Positions 1 through 10,883 of a stretch of 64,000 nucleotides of DNA are shown here, piece after piece. Position numbers and translations under genes: made by a program. Location: assembly GCA_963845065.1 (NCBI GenBank), contig CAWJQQ010000009.1, forward strand, positions 672,001 through 736,000, in the 5' to 3' direction. The DNA comes from Nitrospirota bacterium. GTDB taxonomy: Bacteria > Nitrospirota > UBA9217. Position 1 is the first letter of the stretch, and every line of letters begins with the position of its first letter. A model generated the notes under the pieces. The model was not told the DNA's origin and made no database searches. It was given only the letters and a program-made list of their open reading frames with translations.

Positions 1-1003
1 CAAGGACGTCGGGCCTATTCGTCGCTGCCATGACAATGACCTCTTCATGGGGGTCAAACCCGTCCATTTCACTCAGAAGCTGGTTTAATGTCTGTTCCCG
101 TTCGTCATGTCCTCCACCGAATCCCGCGCCCCGCGTCCGCCCCACGGCGTCAATCTCGTCGATGAAGATGATGCTAGGATGAGTATCTCGCGCCTTCTTG
201 AACATGTCGCGAACCCTCGACGCACCGACGCCGACGAACATCTCGATAAACTCAGATGCGCTGATACTGTAAAACGGAACGCCCGCCTCTCCGGCAGAGG
301 CCCGCGCAAGCAATGTCTTACCCGTGCCGGGCGGTCCGATCAGGAGAACGCCCTTCGGCACCTTAGCTCCGATCTTTTCAAATTTCGCAGGATCTTTCAG
401 GAACTCGATGGATTCCATGAGTTCTCGCTTCACGTTATCAAGACCTGCAACGTCCCTGAACGTCACTTTGGGCCGTTTGACGTCATACAGCTTGGCCTTG
501 CTCTGGCCAAAGGTAAAGAGCCCGCCCGCTCCGCCCTGGATCTGCTGTGCGCGGCGCATCATAAAAAACCAGAATCCGAGTATGACCACCCAGGGAAGCA
601 TGCTGAGAACTAAGTCCCAAAATTGAGAACTCTGTTCCGGAGGTTCTACGGTAATGGCCACGTTTTTCGCGTCGAGCTTAGTAAGCAGATCCTCGCCTTG
701 GAAATTAGGAAGGTATGTTTGGAAGTATTGCACTGATACGGCGTTTGTTGAATCAACGGGCTTGATCTCCGTTTTTTTCACGAATTCGCCGTTCACTCGC
801 ATTTTTTGGATGGATATGGACTTGATGTTTGAGGCGTCGAGCTGCTTCAGGAATTCAGTGTAGGTGATGGAACGGCGCTCCGGACCAGACGGCTTATTAA
901 CCTGTTGCCAAATTGTAAAAGCGACAACAGCCAGTACAATGACAATGATAAATCTTGCTTGTGGGCTTTTGATCTGGTTGAACTTGCCTTCGGTGGATGC
1001 CAT
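1..1003 (-). CDS. ftsH: ATP-dependent zinc metalloprotease FtsH (5' part; runs off the window edge)
   Basis: Manual minus-strand translation from ATG at 1003: two TM segments, then [24 protein letters not shown] (Walker A), [11 protein letters not shown] (Walker B), [29 protein letters not shown]. Not in the ORF track because it is open at the edge. Confidence 0.95.
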   Translation of the reverse strand, partial: MASTEGKFNQIKSPQARFIIVIVLAVVAFTIWQQVNKPSGPERRSITYTEFLKQLDASNIKSISIQKMRVNGEFVKKTEIKPVDSTNAVSVQYFQTYLPNFQGEDLLTKLDAKNVAITVEPPEQSSQFWDLVLSMLPWVVILGFWFFMMRRAQQIQGGAGGLFTFGQSKAKLYDVKRPKVTFRDVAGLDNVKRELMESIEFLKDPAKFEKIGAKVPKGVLLIGPPGTGKTLLARASAGEAGVPFYSISASEFIEMFVGVGASRVRDMFKKARDTHPSIIFIDEIDAVGRTRGAGFGGGHDEREQTLNQLLSEMDGFDPHEEVIVMAATNRPDVL

Positions 1004-2145
1004 ATAGTTATTTTACCATAAGTCACAAAACATCTAATCCTTGCCTTAGTGAGGATAGAACTGTCTGCGAACGCAGCCCAAAAAAATGGGTGATCTGTGT
1101 GTATGAAGTGAGTGCCGCACGATCCAGTCCGCTTCAATGCGTAAGGACATAGACGTTAATTTTGAAAGTAATCCCGGTGAAAAATACGTCGATATTATAC
1201 TCATTCTGCCATTGAAACCTGACTGGCACGACTTATGAATGTAAAAATAGGATCAGAAGTGCAGCAAACATAATGTTAAGCATGAATAAAGAGTGTACTG
1301 TAAATCCATATTTAACTTTGGCTAAGTAAGCGTTTATTCAAGTATAACAATTATTTGGTAATAATATTTCTATTACTATAGCCTTATGTAGGACATTTAT
1401 TTGCAAAAAAAAGCCGCAATTTCGATTTTTGCAACCAAACTAACGATTCCAGTAACTTTTGCAAACAGGCGCTTCTTCACAATGTTCTTGTTGACATGCA
1501 TATCGAAAAATTGTTGGGGAGAGTAGAGCCGTTTCACGATGTGAGTTAAAGACAAAAGGAAAGTAACTATGCCTTCGATAATAGCATGGAAAAACAATTC
1601 CCGTGAATATTTTAGCTACTTCTGCGAAACGAATACCTAGCGTCCGAATCTTTAGAGCGTGTCTTGCAAATTGATCACTCGTATTGTTTGCGTCGTTTAT
1701 TTTTTGGCTTGAGGATGAATATATCAAAAATTAGTAAACCTTCCTTTAATTATCACGTTATTGCCCTATAACAAAACGAATTTGTGAATGCAAAAGGATC
1801 TTGTATTGACTGGACAGCAAGAGCGGATAATTACTACTTGTAGGGTGATTTGTCTGGAGATTCTATTCTACATCATTAAGTGATTCGGCTTCTCGGAGCC
1901 GTGAATTGGCTGTAATTTTGCCATTATAGCTCTATTTTCATCTATTAAATCCAAACCCGATTTATCCACGCTATAATTAAGTATAGGAAATGATAAACGC
2001 TAACTCGCCAAATACTGCTAGGCATGAAAGTCTTCTATTCCGGAGAACAAAAATATAAAAAAAGCGTCAGGATCCAAGTCATCTGCAAGGCGGTCATCCA
2101 GAAATATTCAGACATCCGAACTGCCACGTTAGGTGGAGGGAGAAT

Positions 2146-3684
2146 ATGGATTTTCTCAAGAGTTTAGGCATTGAGAGCCGAAATTTAGGGGCATCTACTG
2201 GTTCCTGGTGGAACTGTGATGACGACGGTCTTATGCTGAAGGTTATCTCTCCGGTAGACGGTAAGATCGTTGCCTCCGTCAAGCAGACCTCCATGCAGGA
2301 GTACGAAAGGGTGGTAAGGACAGCTGAATCCGCGTTTGCCATCTGGCGCATGGTTCCAGCACCGAAGCGGGGCGATATTGTCCGACAGATTGGTCTCAAG
2401 CTCCGGGCCTTCAAGGAACCGCTTGGCATGCTGGTTTCCTACGAGATGGGCAAGTCCCTTCAAGAGGGGCTGGGTGAAGTGCAGGAGATGGTAGATATCT
2501 GCGATTTCGCGGTGGGACAATCACGGATGCTTTATGGTCTTACCATGCACTCCGAGCGGGGACGGCACCGGATGTACGAGCAGTATCATCCGTTGGGACC
2601 TATCGGCATCGTGACCTCTTTTAATTTTCCCGTCGCGGTATGGTCCTGGAACGCCATGATCGCTGCGGTTTGCGGCAATGTGATGATCTGGAAACCTTCG
2701 TCCAAAGTCCCTCTTTCTGCCATTGCCGTGCAGAAGATCCTCGCCGAAGTAATGAAAGAAAATAACCTACCCGAAGGGATATTCTCTCTTGTGATCGGCC
2801 AGGGCTCCACCATCGGAGAGGCTCTGCTTGGTGATCGGCGTGTGCCACTAATCTCTTTCACTGGCTCGGTGCCAGTGGGCCGCTATGCGGCCGAGATGGT
2901 GGCGAAACGACTCGGGAAAACAATTCTGGAGCTTTCCGGCAACAACGCAGTCATCCTAACGGAGCACACGGACCTCCCGCTCGCCCTTCGTGCTGTCGTG
3001 TTTGGTGCCGTTGGGACAGCAGGCCAGCGCTGTACAACCATACGAAGGCTGATCGTTCACAATGCGGTCTATTCCGGGGTCCGGGAGGCGCTGGTAAAAG
3101 CCTATAAAGGGCTTCGCATCGGGAATCCTCTGGATAAAAATTATAATGTCGGCCCCTTGATAGACAGGAATGCAGTCGATGTATTTATCGAGGCACTAAA
3201 AAAGGGCCTGGAGCAGGGATGCCGCTTGGTTTACGGCGGGAGGTTGCTCACGGGGGAAGGGTATGAGTCGGGATGCTATGTGGTCCCCGCCATCGTCGAG
3301 GCGGAAAACGATGTTCCTATCGTGCAAGAGGAGACCTTCGGTCCGCTCCTCTATCTCATACGATATACTGGTGAGGTGTCCAAGGCCATTGATCTGCAGA
3401 ATGATGCAAAACTTGGCCTCTCGTCAGCCGTTTTCACCACCGACCTGAGACAGACAGAGGAGTATCTCTCAGCCGCAGGCTCCGACTGCGGTATTGCGAA
3501 CGTCAACGTTGGCACGTCGGGTGCTGAGATCGGCGGTGCCTTCGGAGGCGAAAAGGAAACGGGCGGCGGCCGGGAATCCGGCTCAGACGCCTGGAAGGCG
3601 TACATGCGCCGCCAGACGGTGACCATCAATTATGGCACCGAATTGCCACTGTCCCAAGGGATAAAATTTGACATTGAGCCTTGA
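2146..3684 (+). CDS. pcd: Aldehyde dehydrogenase, ALDH7/AmaB-like (piperideine-6-carboxylate / 2-aminoadipate semialdehyde dehydrogenase)
   Basis: FNFPVAVW, SFTGS, LELSGNN, GTAGQRCTT, GAEIGGAFGGEKETGGGRESGSDAWK; GGAGG RBS; adjacent to lat. Confidence 0.88.
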   Translation: MDFLKSLGIESRNLGASTGSWWNCDDDGLMLKVISPVDGKIVASVKQTSMQEYERVVRTAESAFAIWRMVPAPKRGDIVRQIGLKLRAFKEPLGMLVSYEMGKSLQEGLGEVQEMVDICDFAVGQSRMLYGLTMHSERGRHRMYEQYHPLGPIGIVTSFNFPVAVWSWNAMIAAVCGNVMIWKPSSKVPLSAIAVQKILAEVMKENNLPEGIFSLVIGQGSTIGEALLGDRRVPLISFTGSVPVGRYAAEMVAKRLGKTILELSGNNAVILTEHTDLPLALRAVVFGAVGTAGQRCTTIRRLIVHNAVYSGVREALVKAYKGLRIGNPLDKNYNVGPLIDRNAVDVFIEALKKGLEQGCRLVYGGRLLTGEGYESGCYVVPAIVEAENDVPIVQEETFGPLLYLIRYTGEVSKAIDLQNDAKLGLSSAVFTTDLRQTEEYLSAAGSDCGIANVNVGTSGAEIGGAFGGEKETGGGRESGSDAWKAYMRRQTVTINYGTELPLSQGIKFDIEP

Positions 3685-3828
3685 GTCATGGATGAGTGTG
3701 TGATTTTGAACCTTAAATTTAAACGAAATTAAAATTATCTATATTCAAAATGCTGAATATCGGAACTTGGAACTTATTTAAGATGTTGTGTTTAGGAATT
3801 GATGTTTGCTCTAAATCTGGAGGCGCCA

Positions 3829-5190
3829 GTGATTGAACCTAAAGACGTGAAAGCAACCCTGGCCAGGCATCTTTTGGCAGAGGGGTTCGACATCATCTTC
3901 GATGAGAGTCAATCGCGTGGAAACTGGCTGGTAGACAAACGCAACGGCGACCGCTACCTCGACTTTTTCTCCATGTATGCTTCGATGGCGGTGGGCTACA
4001 ACCACCCACGCCTGGTCGAGAAGCGGGACTCGTTAGGACGCCTTGCAGTGAACAAACCCTCCAACTGCGACGTGTACTCGACCGCATTCGCGGAATTCGC
4101 CGAGACTTTTTCCCGGACCGTCATTCCTGCCCATCTTCCCCATGCCTTTTTCATCGAAGGAGGTGCTTTGGCCGTAGAAAACGCCCTCAAGACTGCCTTT
4201 GACTGGAAAGTACGGAAAAACCTCAGCCGTAGCGCCGGATTGGAAATAGGTACCCAGGTTATCCACTTCAGGCAGGCCTTTCACGGCCGGAGCGGCTACA
4301 CCCTCTCTCTCACGAATACCTTCGATCCTCGTAAAACCAAGTTCTTTCCGAAGTTTTCTTGGCCGCGCATTGTCAATCCGAAAATCGTCTTCCCTCACAC
4401 TGAAGAAAATCTGGCTGCAGTTCGAGCAATCGAGGATGAAGCGCTGGAGGAAATCCGCCGTGTCATCGACCGAGAGGGCGGGGACATCGCGGCTCTGATC
4501 ATCGAGCCGATCCAAGGCGAAGGCGGAGACAACCATTTTCGAACGGAATTCCTCCAAGCCCTGCGCAAGATCTGCGACGAGTGGGATATTATGTTCATCC
4601 TGGACGAGATTCAGACCGGCGTGGGCCTCACTGGGAGGTTCTGGGCTTACGAGCACTTCGATATAAATCCGGACATACTGGTGTTCGGCAAGAAGACTCA
4701 AGTATGCGGAATCCTCGCCTCGAGTCGTGTTGAAGAGGTTGGCTGCCATGTGTTCAGCGAGCGGAGTCGCATCAGCTCAACCTTCGGCGGAAACCTCGTT
4801 GACATGGCACGTTGCACCCATATTCTTCGCATCATCGAGGAGGAGCGTCTGGTTGAAAACGCCCGCGTCCAGGGGGATCTCCTGCTTCGCGAACTGCAGG
4901 GCCTTGCAGAGGATTTCCCCGACGTTATCTCCAATCCCCGGGGTCGAGGACTGATGTGCGCCATGGATGCGCCGGACAGTGGGACGCGCGATAGGCTCCT
5001 GATGGCCTTCCTGCAGGAAAAACTGCTCATAGTAGGAAGCGGTGAACGTAGCATCCGTTTTCGCCCCCATCTTGTTGTTACGGCCGATGTAATCCTGCAG
5101 GGAATTGAGATCATCCGCGGTGTTTTGAATAAGGGCGACTATGACCGGATTGAACTCACAGCCGACGCCTGTCAAGGATGGGGGACGTAA
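3829..5190 (+). CDS. lat: L-lysine 6-aminotransferase (class III PLP aminotransferase)
   Basis: YLDFFSMYAS, KPSNCDVY, GGALAVENALKTAFDWK, AFHGRSGYTLSLTNT, DEIQTG, FGKKTQVCG, SSTFGGNLVDM. GTG start at 3829 after GGAGG is preferred; the ORF is open from 3799. Confidence 0.92.
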   Translation: MIEPKDVKATLARHLLAEGFDIIFDESQSRGNWLVDKRNGDRYLDFFSMYASMAVGYNHPRLVEKRDSLGRLAVNKPSNCDVYSTAFAEFAETFSRTVIPAHLPHAFFIEGGALAVENALKTAFDWKVRKNLSRSAGLEIGTQVIHFRQAFHGRSGYTLSLTNTFDPRKTKFFPKFSWPRIVNPKIVFPHTEENLAAVRAIEDEALEEIRRVIDREGGDIAALIIEPIQGEGGDNHFRTEFLQALRKICDEWDIMFILDEIQTGVGLTGRFWAYEHFDINPDILVFGKKTQVCGILASSRVEEVGCHVFSERSRISSTFGGNLVDMARCTHILRIIEEERLVENARVQGDLLLRELQGLAEDFPDVISNPRGRGLMCAMDAPDSGTRDRLLMAFLQEKLLIVGSGERSIRFRPHLVVTADVILQGIEIIRGVLNKGDYDRIELTADACQGWGT

Positions 5191-6770
5191 TGGGGATCGC
5201 CGGGACCCGCGTCGCGGAAAAGCTTCGAGAGGTTGTGCGAGGCCGCGTGATCAACGACCACGAATCATTGACCAAGTTTGCCCGTGACCGGAGCATTTAT
5301 GATATAAGGCCGATGGCTGTGGTTCTTCCCGAGGACGGTGAAGATATCCAGAGACTTCTCGAATTTTCAGCGCGAGAAGGGCTGCCGGTTACGCCGCGCG
5401 GCGGGGGTTCGGGGCTCGCCGGGAGTGCGCTGGGCCAAGGGGTTGTTATAGCCCTGCCGCAAAATGACGTCTGGGCGAAAATTAGCGATTTTTCAGAAAC
5501 CCCTAACTCGGCCAGGGTATCTGCCTCGGCCGGAGTTTATCACAACGAGCTCCAGAAATTTCTCAATGAGCGAGGGTTCTTTCTTCCGGCCGATGTCACG
5601 AGCGCTGAGATCAGCCGCATTGGCGGCAATATCGCAACCAAGGCGAGCGGGCCACACGCGCTCAAGTACGGCTCTATCGACCGTTTTTTGGAACAAGTGG
5701 AATTTGTAACTGCCGGGGGAGAGCTAGTCGACACTGCGGACGAAAGGACCATCCCGACGCGTTTCAGGAAAGGCCTAGCGGACCTCGAGCGAAAGATTAG
5801 GGCTAGTGCGGCTGCACGGGGATTGCTAGAGAAACGCATGGGGTTAAAGACGGCGAGCGGCTACAATCTCTTCGCCTTTCTGAAAGAGCTCTCACCGGGG
5901 GAACTAATCGCCCAGCTTCTAGCCGGTAGTGTAGGTACCCTAGGATTCATCACCCGTGCCACGCTTCGAGGCGAGGTCCTGGAGCTTGACCGCGCAGCCG
6001 TCCTTCTCTTTTTTGATGATCTGCCCGAGACCGGCCGAGCGGTGATTTCTCTGCGGGAAATGGATGTCGCCTCGATTGAGCTCATCAGTCGCAACACGGT
6101 CCACGTTATTAGCGAACAGGCCGCGGTCCCCAAGAGCTTTCTTGCGGACGCCCATATTCTTTTCGTGGAGCTGACAGGGCCTGATCGACGGAGCAAGATA
6201 GAACAGATTACCAAGCGCCTCGAGAAAAGAGGCCTAACAATGAGTTCACCACCTGCGATTGCTATAACTGAGAACGAGATTGAAAAGCTGTGGAAGCTTC
6301 GCAAACAAGTCCTATGGTTTATCGAGCACGCGAAACCCGGCATCCGAGCCCTCACGGTAGTCAATGACGTGGCTGTTCCTCCCGAGCGCCTTGCAGAGTT
6401 CATCAGCGATGCGCAGAAGGTATTCAACAAGCATGGCATGATGGCACTTATGTACGGTCATGCCGGAAACGGCAACCTCCATTTGCGGCCGCTCTTCGAT
6501 ATGTCCTTGCCGGACCTCGCGGGACGTATCCAGCGGCTTGTAGACGATGTATATGAAACGGTGTTCCGTCACAATGGTACCATGACTGCCGAGCACGGCA
6601 TGGGGAGGTTGCGGGCACCCTATCTAAAAAGGGAGTGGGGCGATGTGCTCTATACTTATATGCGGGAAGTCAAGACCATATTCGATCCACATGATATACT
6701 CAATCCGGGGACCATGTTCAGCGACGCGCCGATCACCGATAACATGCGGCCTGATCTTCTTAAACAGTAA
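5190..6770 (+). CDS. FAD-binding oxidoreductase, GlcD/D-lactate/D-2-hydroxyglutarate dehydrogenase family
   Basis: PRGGGSGLAG, IGGNIAT, GSVGTLG, GHAGNGNLHLRP, AEHGMGRLR, FDPHDILNPG. ATG overlaps the lat stop (TAATG). Confidence 0.85.
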   Translation: MGIAGTRVAEKLREVVRGRVINDHESLTKFARDRSIYDIRPMAVVLPEDGEDIQRLLEFSAREGLPVTPRGGGSGLAGSALGQGVVIALPQNDVWAKISDFSETPNSARVSASAGVYHNELQKFLNERGFFLPADVTSAEISRIGGNIATKASGPHALKYGSIDRFLEQVEFVTAGGELVDTADERTIPTRFRKGLADLERKIRASAAARGLLEKRMGLKTASGYNLFAFLKELSPGELIAQLLAGSVGTLGFITRATLRGEVLELDRAAVLLFFDDLPETGRAVISLREMDVASIELISRNTVHVISEQAAVPKSFLADAHILFVELTGPDRRSKIEQITKRLEKRGLTMSSPPAIAITENEIEKLWKLRKQVLWFIEHAKPGIRALTVVNDVAVPPERLAEFISDAQKVFNKHGMMALMYGHAGNGNLHLRPLFDMSLPDLAGRIQRLVDDVYETVFRHNGTMTAEHGMGRLRAPYLKREWGDVLYTYMREVKTIFDPHDILNPGTMFSDAPITDNMRPDLLKQ

Positions 6771-6907
6771 AAACGAACAACTATTTACCATGGAGGATGC
6801 AGAGGAATTCAGTGTAAGACTTAGCCACTAATACACAGATGGCCAATGTTTTTTTGCTGTAGATTTTGTTTTTTGAATGTATAAACTTTGAGGTGGGGGA
6901 TTTGTCC

Positions 6908-8266
6908 ATGGAAGAAGAAAAAGGTTTCTACTGGGAAAGGCAGGCCGAGGCGGAAAAGACGTGTCTCGATCTCCTTGAAGACTGCAAACGAAAAAATTCC
7001 TATCTTGCGCATTTTGAGCATAAACTCATCCAACTGACCAGTTCTCGCCTGTTCGACTGGGCGGATCACATTGTTGTCCAAGACACGAAACGGACAAAGG
7101 AAATATTTGAAAAGGTCGGCTTCGTGAAACAACCGGGCACAAGGTGTGAAGCACTGTACCATCCTGGGGCGCTCTTGCCAAGAATCGTCATAACCGGGCA
7201 GTCCTCTGGGATGAACCAGGGTGTGGCCTTGCGAGTGGACAACATCGGCGACTTTCTACAGGCAAACGGGTACCGTGCCGAGATCGAGGGCGGACCACTC
7301 ACCCCCTATCGCCGTGCCGTGGTGGGCATGGAAGAGAGGGTCGGCATGATGGTTGTGGAGCGAAGAGGGACTATGGACTATGATCCTGTTTCTCTTTCCG
7401 ATATACATCAGCGGAACTATCTGGAGGGAGTGGAGGCGTGGCAAAAACGGCCACGGCATGGTGAGAACGAAGAGGATATATTTGGAGAAATATTTCGGAT
7501 TGCGGATCGTCTTGTCCGGCAACTGGGAACGGACACGGCCGCTACCATCGTTTGCCAATGTGAGCGTGCCTATTGGCTTTCACGCAACTTTGCGGCCCGA
7601 GTGCAACGAGGGCGCCACGACACGCTCGGGATGGGATGGGCAAATCACGACCATCACACGTTTCGCAGTTCTCGACGAAATTTTTACAGGCTTGTGGATC
7701 TTTTCACGAGATTAGGGTTCCAAAACCGGGAGCGGTTCTACGCCGGTGCGGAGGCGGGGTGGGGTGCTCAGGTTATGGAGAATGTCGCAGCCGGGCTCGT
7801 TCTCTTTCTCGATGTGGATCTGGCACCTGAGGAAGTTGCTACGGAATTCTTCCGGGAGGAACTCAAGGATATGGGTCAACTCGGCACAGTAGGATTATGG
7901 TGCGCCCTCCATGGCGATTCCATTCTCCAAGCCGGGATGCACCATTTTGCTGCACGGTACGATTTTGAACATCTAATAGCGGATCTAGCCCGCTTGGGCG
8001 TCGGATATATGACGCCGTTCAGTAACTTTCCATATTTCAAACAGGCATTCAGCATCGCTGAGCGATGGGAGGCAGATCCGGCGAGGGTGACGAAGCTAAT
8101 CAAGGATAAGTCCATCACCAATGAACAGGGTGAGCGGTTTTTCAATCAGGGTGCGGTCGGCAGCCACTTAGAAAATATCGAGCGGCGAGAAGGGTATAAA
8201 GGTTTCAACAGGAAGAATGTGAGCGCCATCATTCGACAGACCGACCCGAGAGGGAACATGGCCTAA
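6908..8266 (+). CDS. Uncharacterised VOC-like protein with a DUF1338/HglS-like C-terminal half
   Basis: 452-aa ORF, co-oriented with the operon; motifs NHDHHTFR, LWCALHG...MHHF, KQAFS, SHLENIERR..YKGFN. Confidence 0.6.
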   Translation: MEEEKGFYWERQAEAEKTCLDLLEDCKRKNSYLAHFEHKLIQLTSSRLFDWADHIVVQDTKRTKEIFEKVGFVKQPGTRCEALYHPGALLPRIVITGQSSGMNQGVALRVDNIGDFLQANGYRAEIEGGPLTPYRRAVVGMEERVGMMVVERRGTMDYDPVSLSDIHQRNYLEGVEAWQKRPRHGENEEDIFGEIFRIADRLVRQLGTDTAATIVCQCERAYWLSRNFAARVQRGRHDTLGMGWANHDHHTFRSSRRNFYRLVDLFTRLGFQNRERFYAGAEAGWGAQVMENVAAGLVLFLDVDLAPEEVATEFFREELKDMGQLGTVGLWCALHGDSILQAGMHHFAARYDFEHLIADLARLGVGYMTPFSNFPYFKQAFSIAERWEADPARVTKLIKDKSITNEQGERFFNQGAVGSHLENIERREGYKGFNRKNVSAIIRQTDPRGNMA

Positions 8267-8279
8267 AGGGGTTCGGACG

Positions 8280-8507
8280 CTGACCTCCCCATGTCTAAAG
8301 CTCAGGGTCCTCACGGCTGTACCAAGAGGTCCTCTGACAATGGGAATAATATCGCCGGCCACGGCTGTCGTTGTTCCTCCTTTAACGTGCGACCATCTCT
8401 GTCTTCGGATTAATCCGAAGCTGGCCGGATGGATCCGATCTATTACAGTTTGTTATAACACCCTTCGACACCGCCCGTTCCAGGAGTCGGGTTTGCATCA
8501 GGTTAGG
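8280..8507 (-). mobile_element. 3' remnant (omega-RNA region and right end) of a tnpB element related to 13181-14858
   Basis: Reverse complement matches about 14612-14858 in blocks: CTCCTGGAACGGGCGGTGT, CATCCGGCCAGCTTCGG, AGACAGAG and TTTAGACATGGGG(T)AGGTCAG. It ends at the IS481 left end. Confidence 0.8.
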
Positions 8508-9857
8508 TGTTAAAGGTCACGACATCGTGGACAAATGTTCTTTGACAATCGAGTAGCCACATACTACTGTATCATGAACACCATTAAATCTATAGGAGGT
8601 GTTCATGAAAAAGAAACATCAGCAGGAGCGAGCAGCTGCTGTGCAATGGTTTCTTGCCGGAGAAGATCCTGCAGCCATCTGCGCCTCACTGGGTAGATCA
8701 CGTAGCTGGTTGTACAAATGGCTGGCCCGGCATATTCCTGACGATTCAGCTTGGTATGAAGGTTTATCACGACGACCACTCGTCAGCCCGTATCGCACAT
8801 CTGCTGAGATCGAACGGATCATTGAACTGGTGCGATTTAACTTGTACAACAAGGGACTCTTCTGTGGCAGCCAAGCCATCCGATGGGAGATGGAGGACAT
8901 GAGTGAGTGTTCAGCCGCTGCCCTCCATTCGCACAATTGGTCGCATTTTACGTCGTCGCGAATTGACTCATAAGCGGACCGGACGATATACCCCGAAGGG
9001 CAAAAAATATCCTTCGCTTCCGGCTTTTGCCCCTAACCAGACACATCAAGTCGATTTGGTCGGCCCCTGCTATCTTACCGGGCCAATTCGATTCTACAGC
9101 CTGAATGCGGTCGATACCGCGATCAACACCGTTGTGGAATAGAGCCAATGCTCTCCAAAGCTGCACAAAGCATTTTGGACGCTGTTTATGCGGTCTGGAC
9201 GCGTATGGGCATTCCTAAGAACCTTCAGGTGGACAATGAGTTGGTCTTTTATGGGAAGTCCAACCCAGCCACGGGGGATGGGGCCGCTTATCCGCCTCTG
9301 CTTGGTCTATGGGGTCAACCTCTGGTTTATCCCACCGGCCGAACCCTGGCGAAACGGAATAGTGGAGCAATTTAATAACCATTACTAACAGAAGTTTCTC
9401 TCCAAGGTCACGATGGCGTCAATGCCGCAATTAAGGCAAGAATCGCTTGACTTCGAGCACAGGCATAATAGCTTATATCGCTACAGCAAGATAAAGGGAA
9501 AACCCCACTTCAGGCATTGGCCTTTACAAAAGCGAAACTGATTTATCCCGGAAAGACTCACCCCCTGAAACATCCTCTGGATAAGCCATAGGAGGGATAT
9601 TATCATCTTGTGAGATTCATCCGGAGTGATTGCCGCTTGGACATCTTCGGGGAAACATTCTCTGCCCCACCGGAGACCCAATATGAATACGTTGTGGCTA
9701 CTATCGATGTCAAAGATCAAAAGCTTAAGGTCTTCCTGGATACGATCCAGGTCGAAGAATATCAATATCGACTGCGATGACCCATCGCAACTGCGTCACG
9801 GCATCGTCGGATATATAGTTTCAAAGTTGCGAGTCCACGATGTCGTGACAGTTGTCA
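8508..9857 (+). mobile_element. IS481-family insertion sequence, decayed
   Basis: 25-bp imperfect terminal inverted repeats (8508-8532 and 9833-9857) with a perfect 17-bp core GTCACGACATCGTGGAC, TG...CA ends. Confidence 0.8.
8605..9780 (+). pseudogene. IS481-family transposase pseudogene
   Basis: HTH (GRSRSWLYKW), PNQTHQVD, LQVDNE and PPAEPWRNGIVEQFN are spread over several frames; GAGT duplication near 8901; in-frame stops at 9140 and 9386. Confidence 0.85.
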
Positions 9858-10118
9858 CTTAGTAACTTAAGTATTTCAGAGATTAGCAACCACAACTGTT
9901 GCAGAAAGAATAGCATTCCAAATAAAACGAACGCAATATGTTGCATTTAAATCGAATATTTGCAAGTAAGCACAATATTTCCAAAGTACGAAATATTCTT
10001 CAAAAAGTGCTGGCCTGTTGCTGAGCATCTGGGCAAACTGCTCCTGGTTGTACATCTCACTACGGATTTACTACAGCAACATGCTCAGATCTCAATTTGT
10101 CGTTTAGCCAGTTATATA

Positions 10119-10541
10119 CTATTTATCTAGGCTTGCTACCGTGAGCCGCGAGATACAAACAAGTTTATCCTTTTCATTATAAATCTTGATTTCCCATATT
10201 TGAGTAGTATTTCCAACATGAATCGGCTTCGCTACGCCGGTAACCCACCCATCAGTTACGGGACGGATATGATTTGCATTTATTTCAAGCCCAACTATTC
10301 CTTTCTTTTCTCTGTCCACGCATAATCCTGCCGCGACGCTTCCTAATGTCTCAGCCAATACAACCGAAGCCCCGCCATGGAGCAAGCCTAACGGCTGTTT
10401 TGTTCTGTAATCGACCGGCATCTTCGCTTTCAGATAATCTTCGCCTATCTCTAAATATTCAATTCCGAGATGATCGATCATTGTGTTTTTTGATCTCTCT
10501 TTGAGCTGATCTACTGTTGTCTGAGTTTTCCACAGAGCCAT
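10119..10541 (-). CDS. Hotdog-fold thioesterase (PaaI/MenI-YdiI family)
   Basis: QPLGLLHGGASVVLAETLGS, VGLEINANHIR. Confidence 0.9.
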   Translation of the reverse strand: MALWKTQTTVDQLKERSKNTMIDHLGIEYLEIGEDYLKAKMPVDYRTKQPLGLLHGGASVVLAETLGSVAAGLCVDREKKGIVGLEINANHIRPVTDGWVTGVAKPIHVGNTTQIWEIKIYNEKDKLVCISRLTVASLDK

Positions 10542-10883
10542 TATCACCTTCCTTTATTCATAGTATTCCAAACAACTATATTCCTGATGCTAAATCATGT
10601 CAATAATTCAGATCAGGAATTTTATTGGTTGATGTAATCTTGTTACGTTGTAAATTCATAAGTTACCATGCATGGAAACATTAACAGATACAGGAATTAT
10701 TGTATACTGAATGATTCAACCGATGTTGTCCCAATGCCATCAGTAATCCGTGTCAGTCTCGATACCGTTGTTAACCGAATTAATCCGTCTTTCAAATTAT
10801 TTTTCGGAGGCAGGCAACATCGAGCGTTGTAGGTTTCGACTGCTCTATGCTATTTAAGCACCGATAGGGATTTGTTTCGTCGT

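Noticed and set aside
107..863. Plus-strand ORFs in the ORF track
   Set aside because: Antisense shadows of ftsH.
1223..1240. Sigma54-like TGGCACG motif
   Set aside because: The -12 GC is missing and the next plus-strand gene is about 900 bp away.
1397..1727. Possible BrnT-like toxin remnant (LGIRFAEVAKIFTG)
   Set aside because: Resemblance is limited to about a dozen residues in AT-rich DNA.
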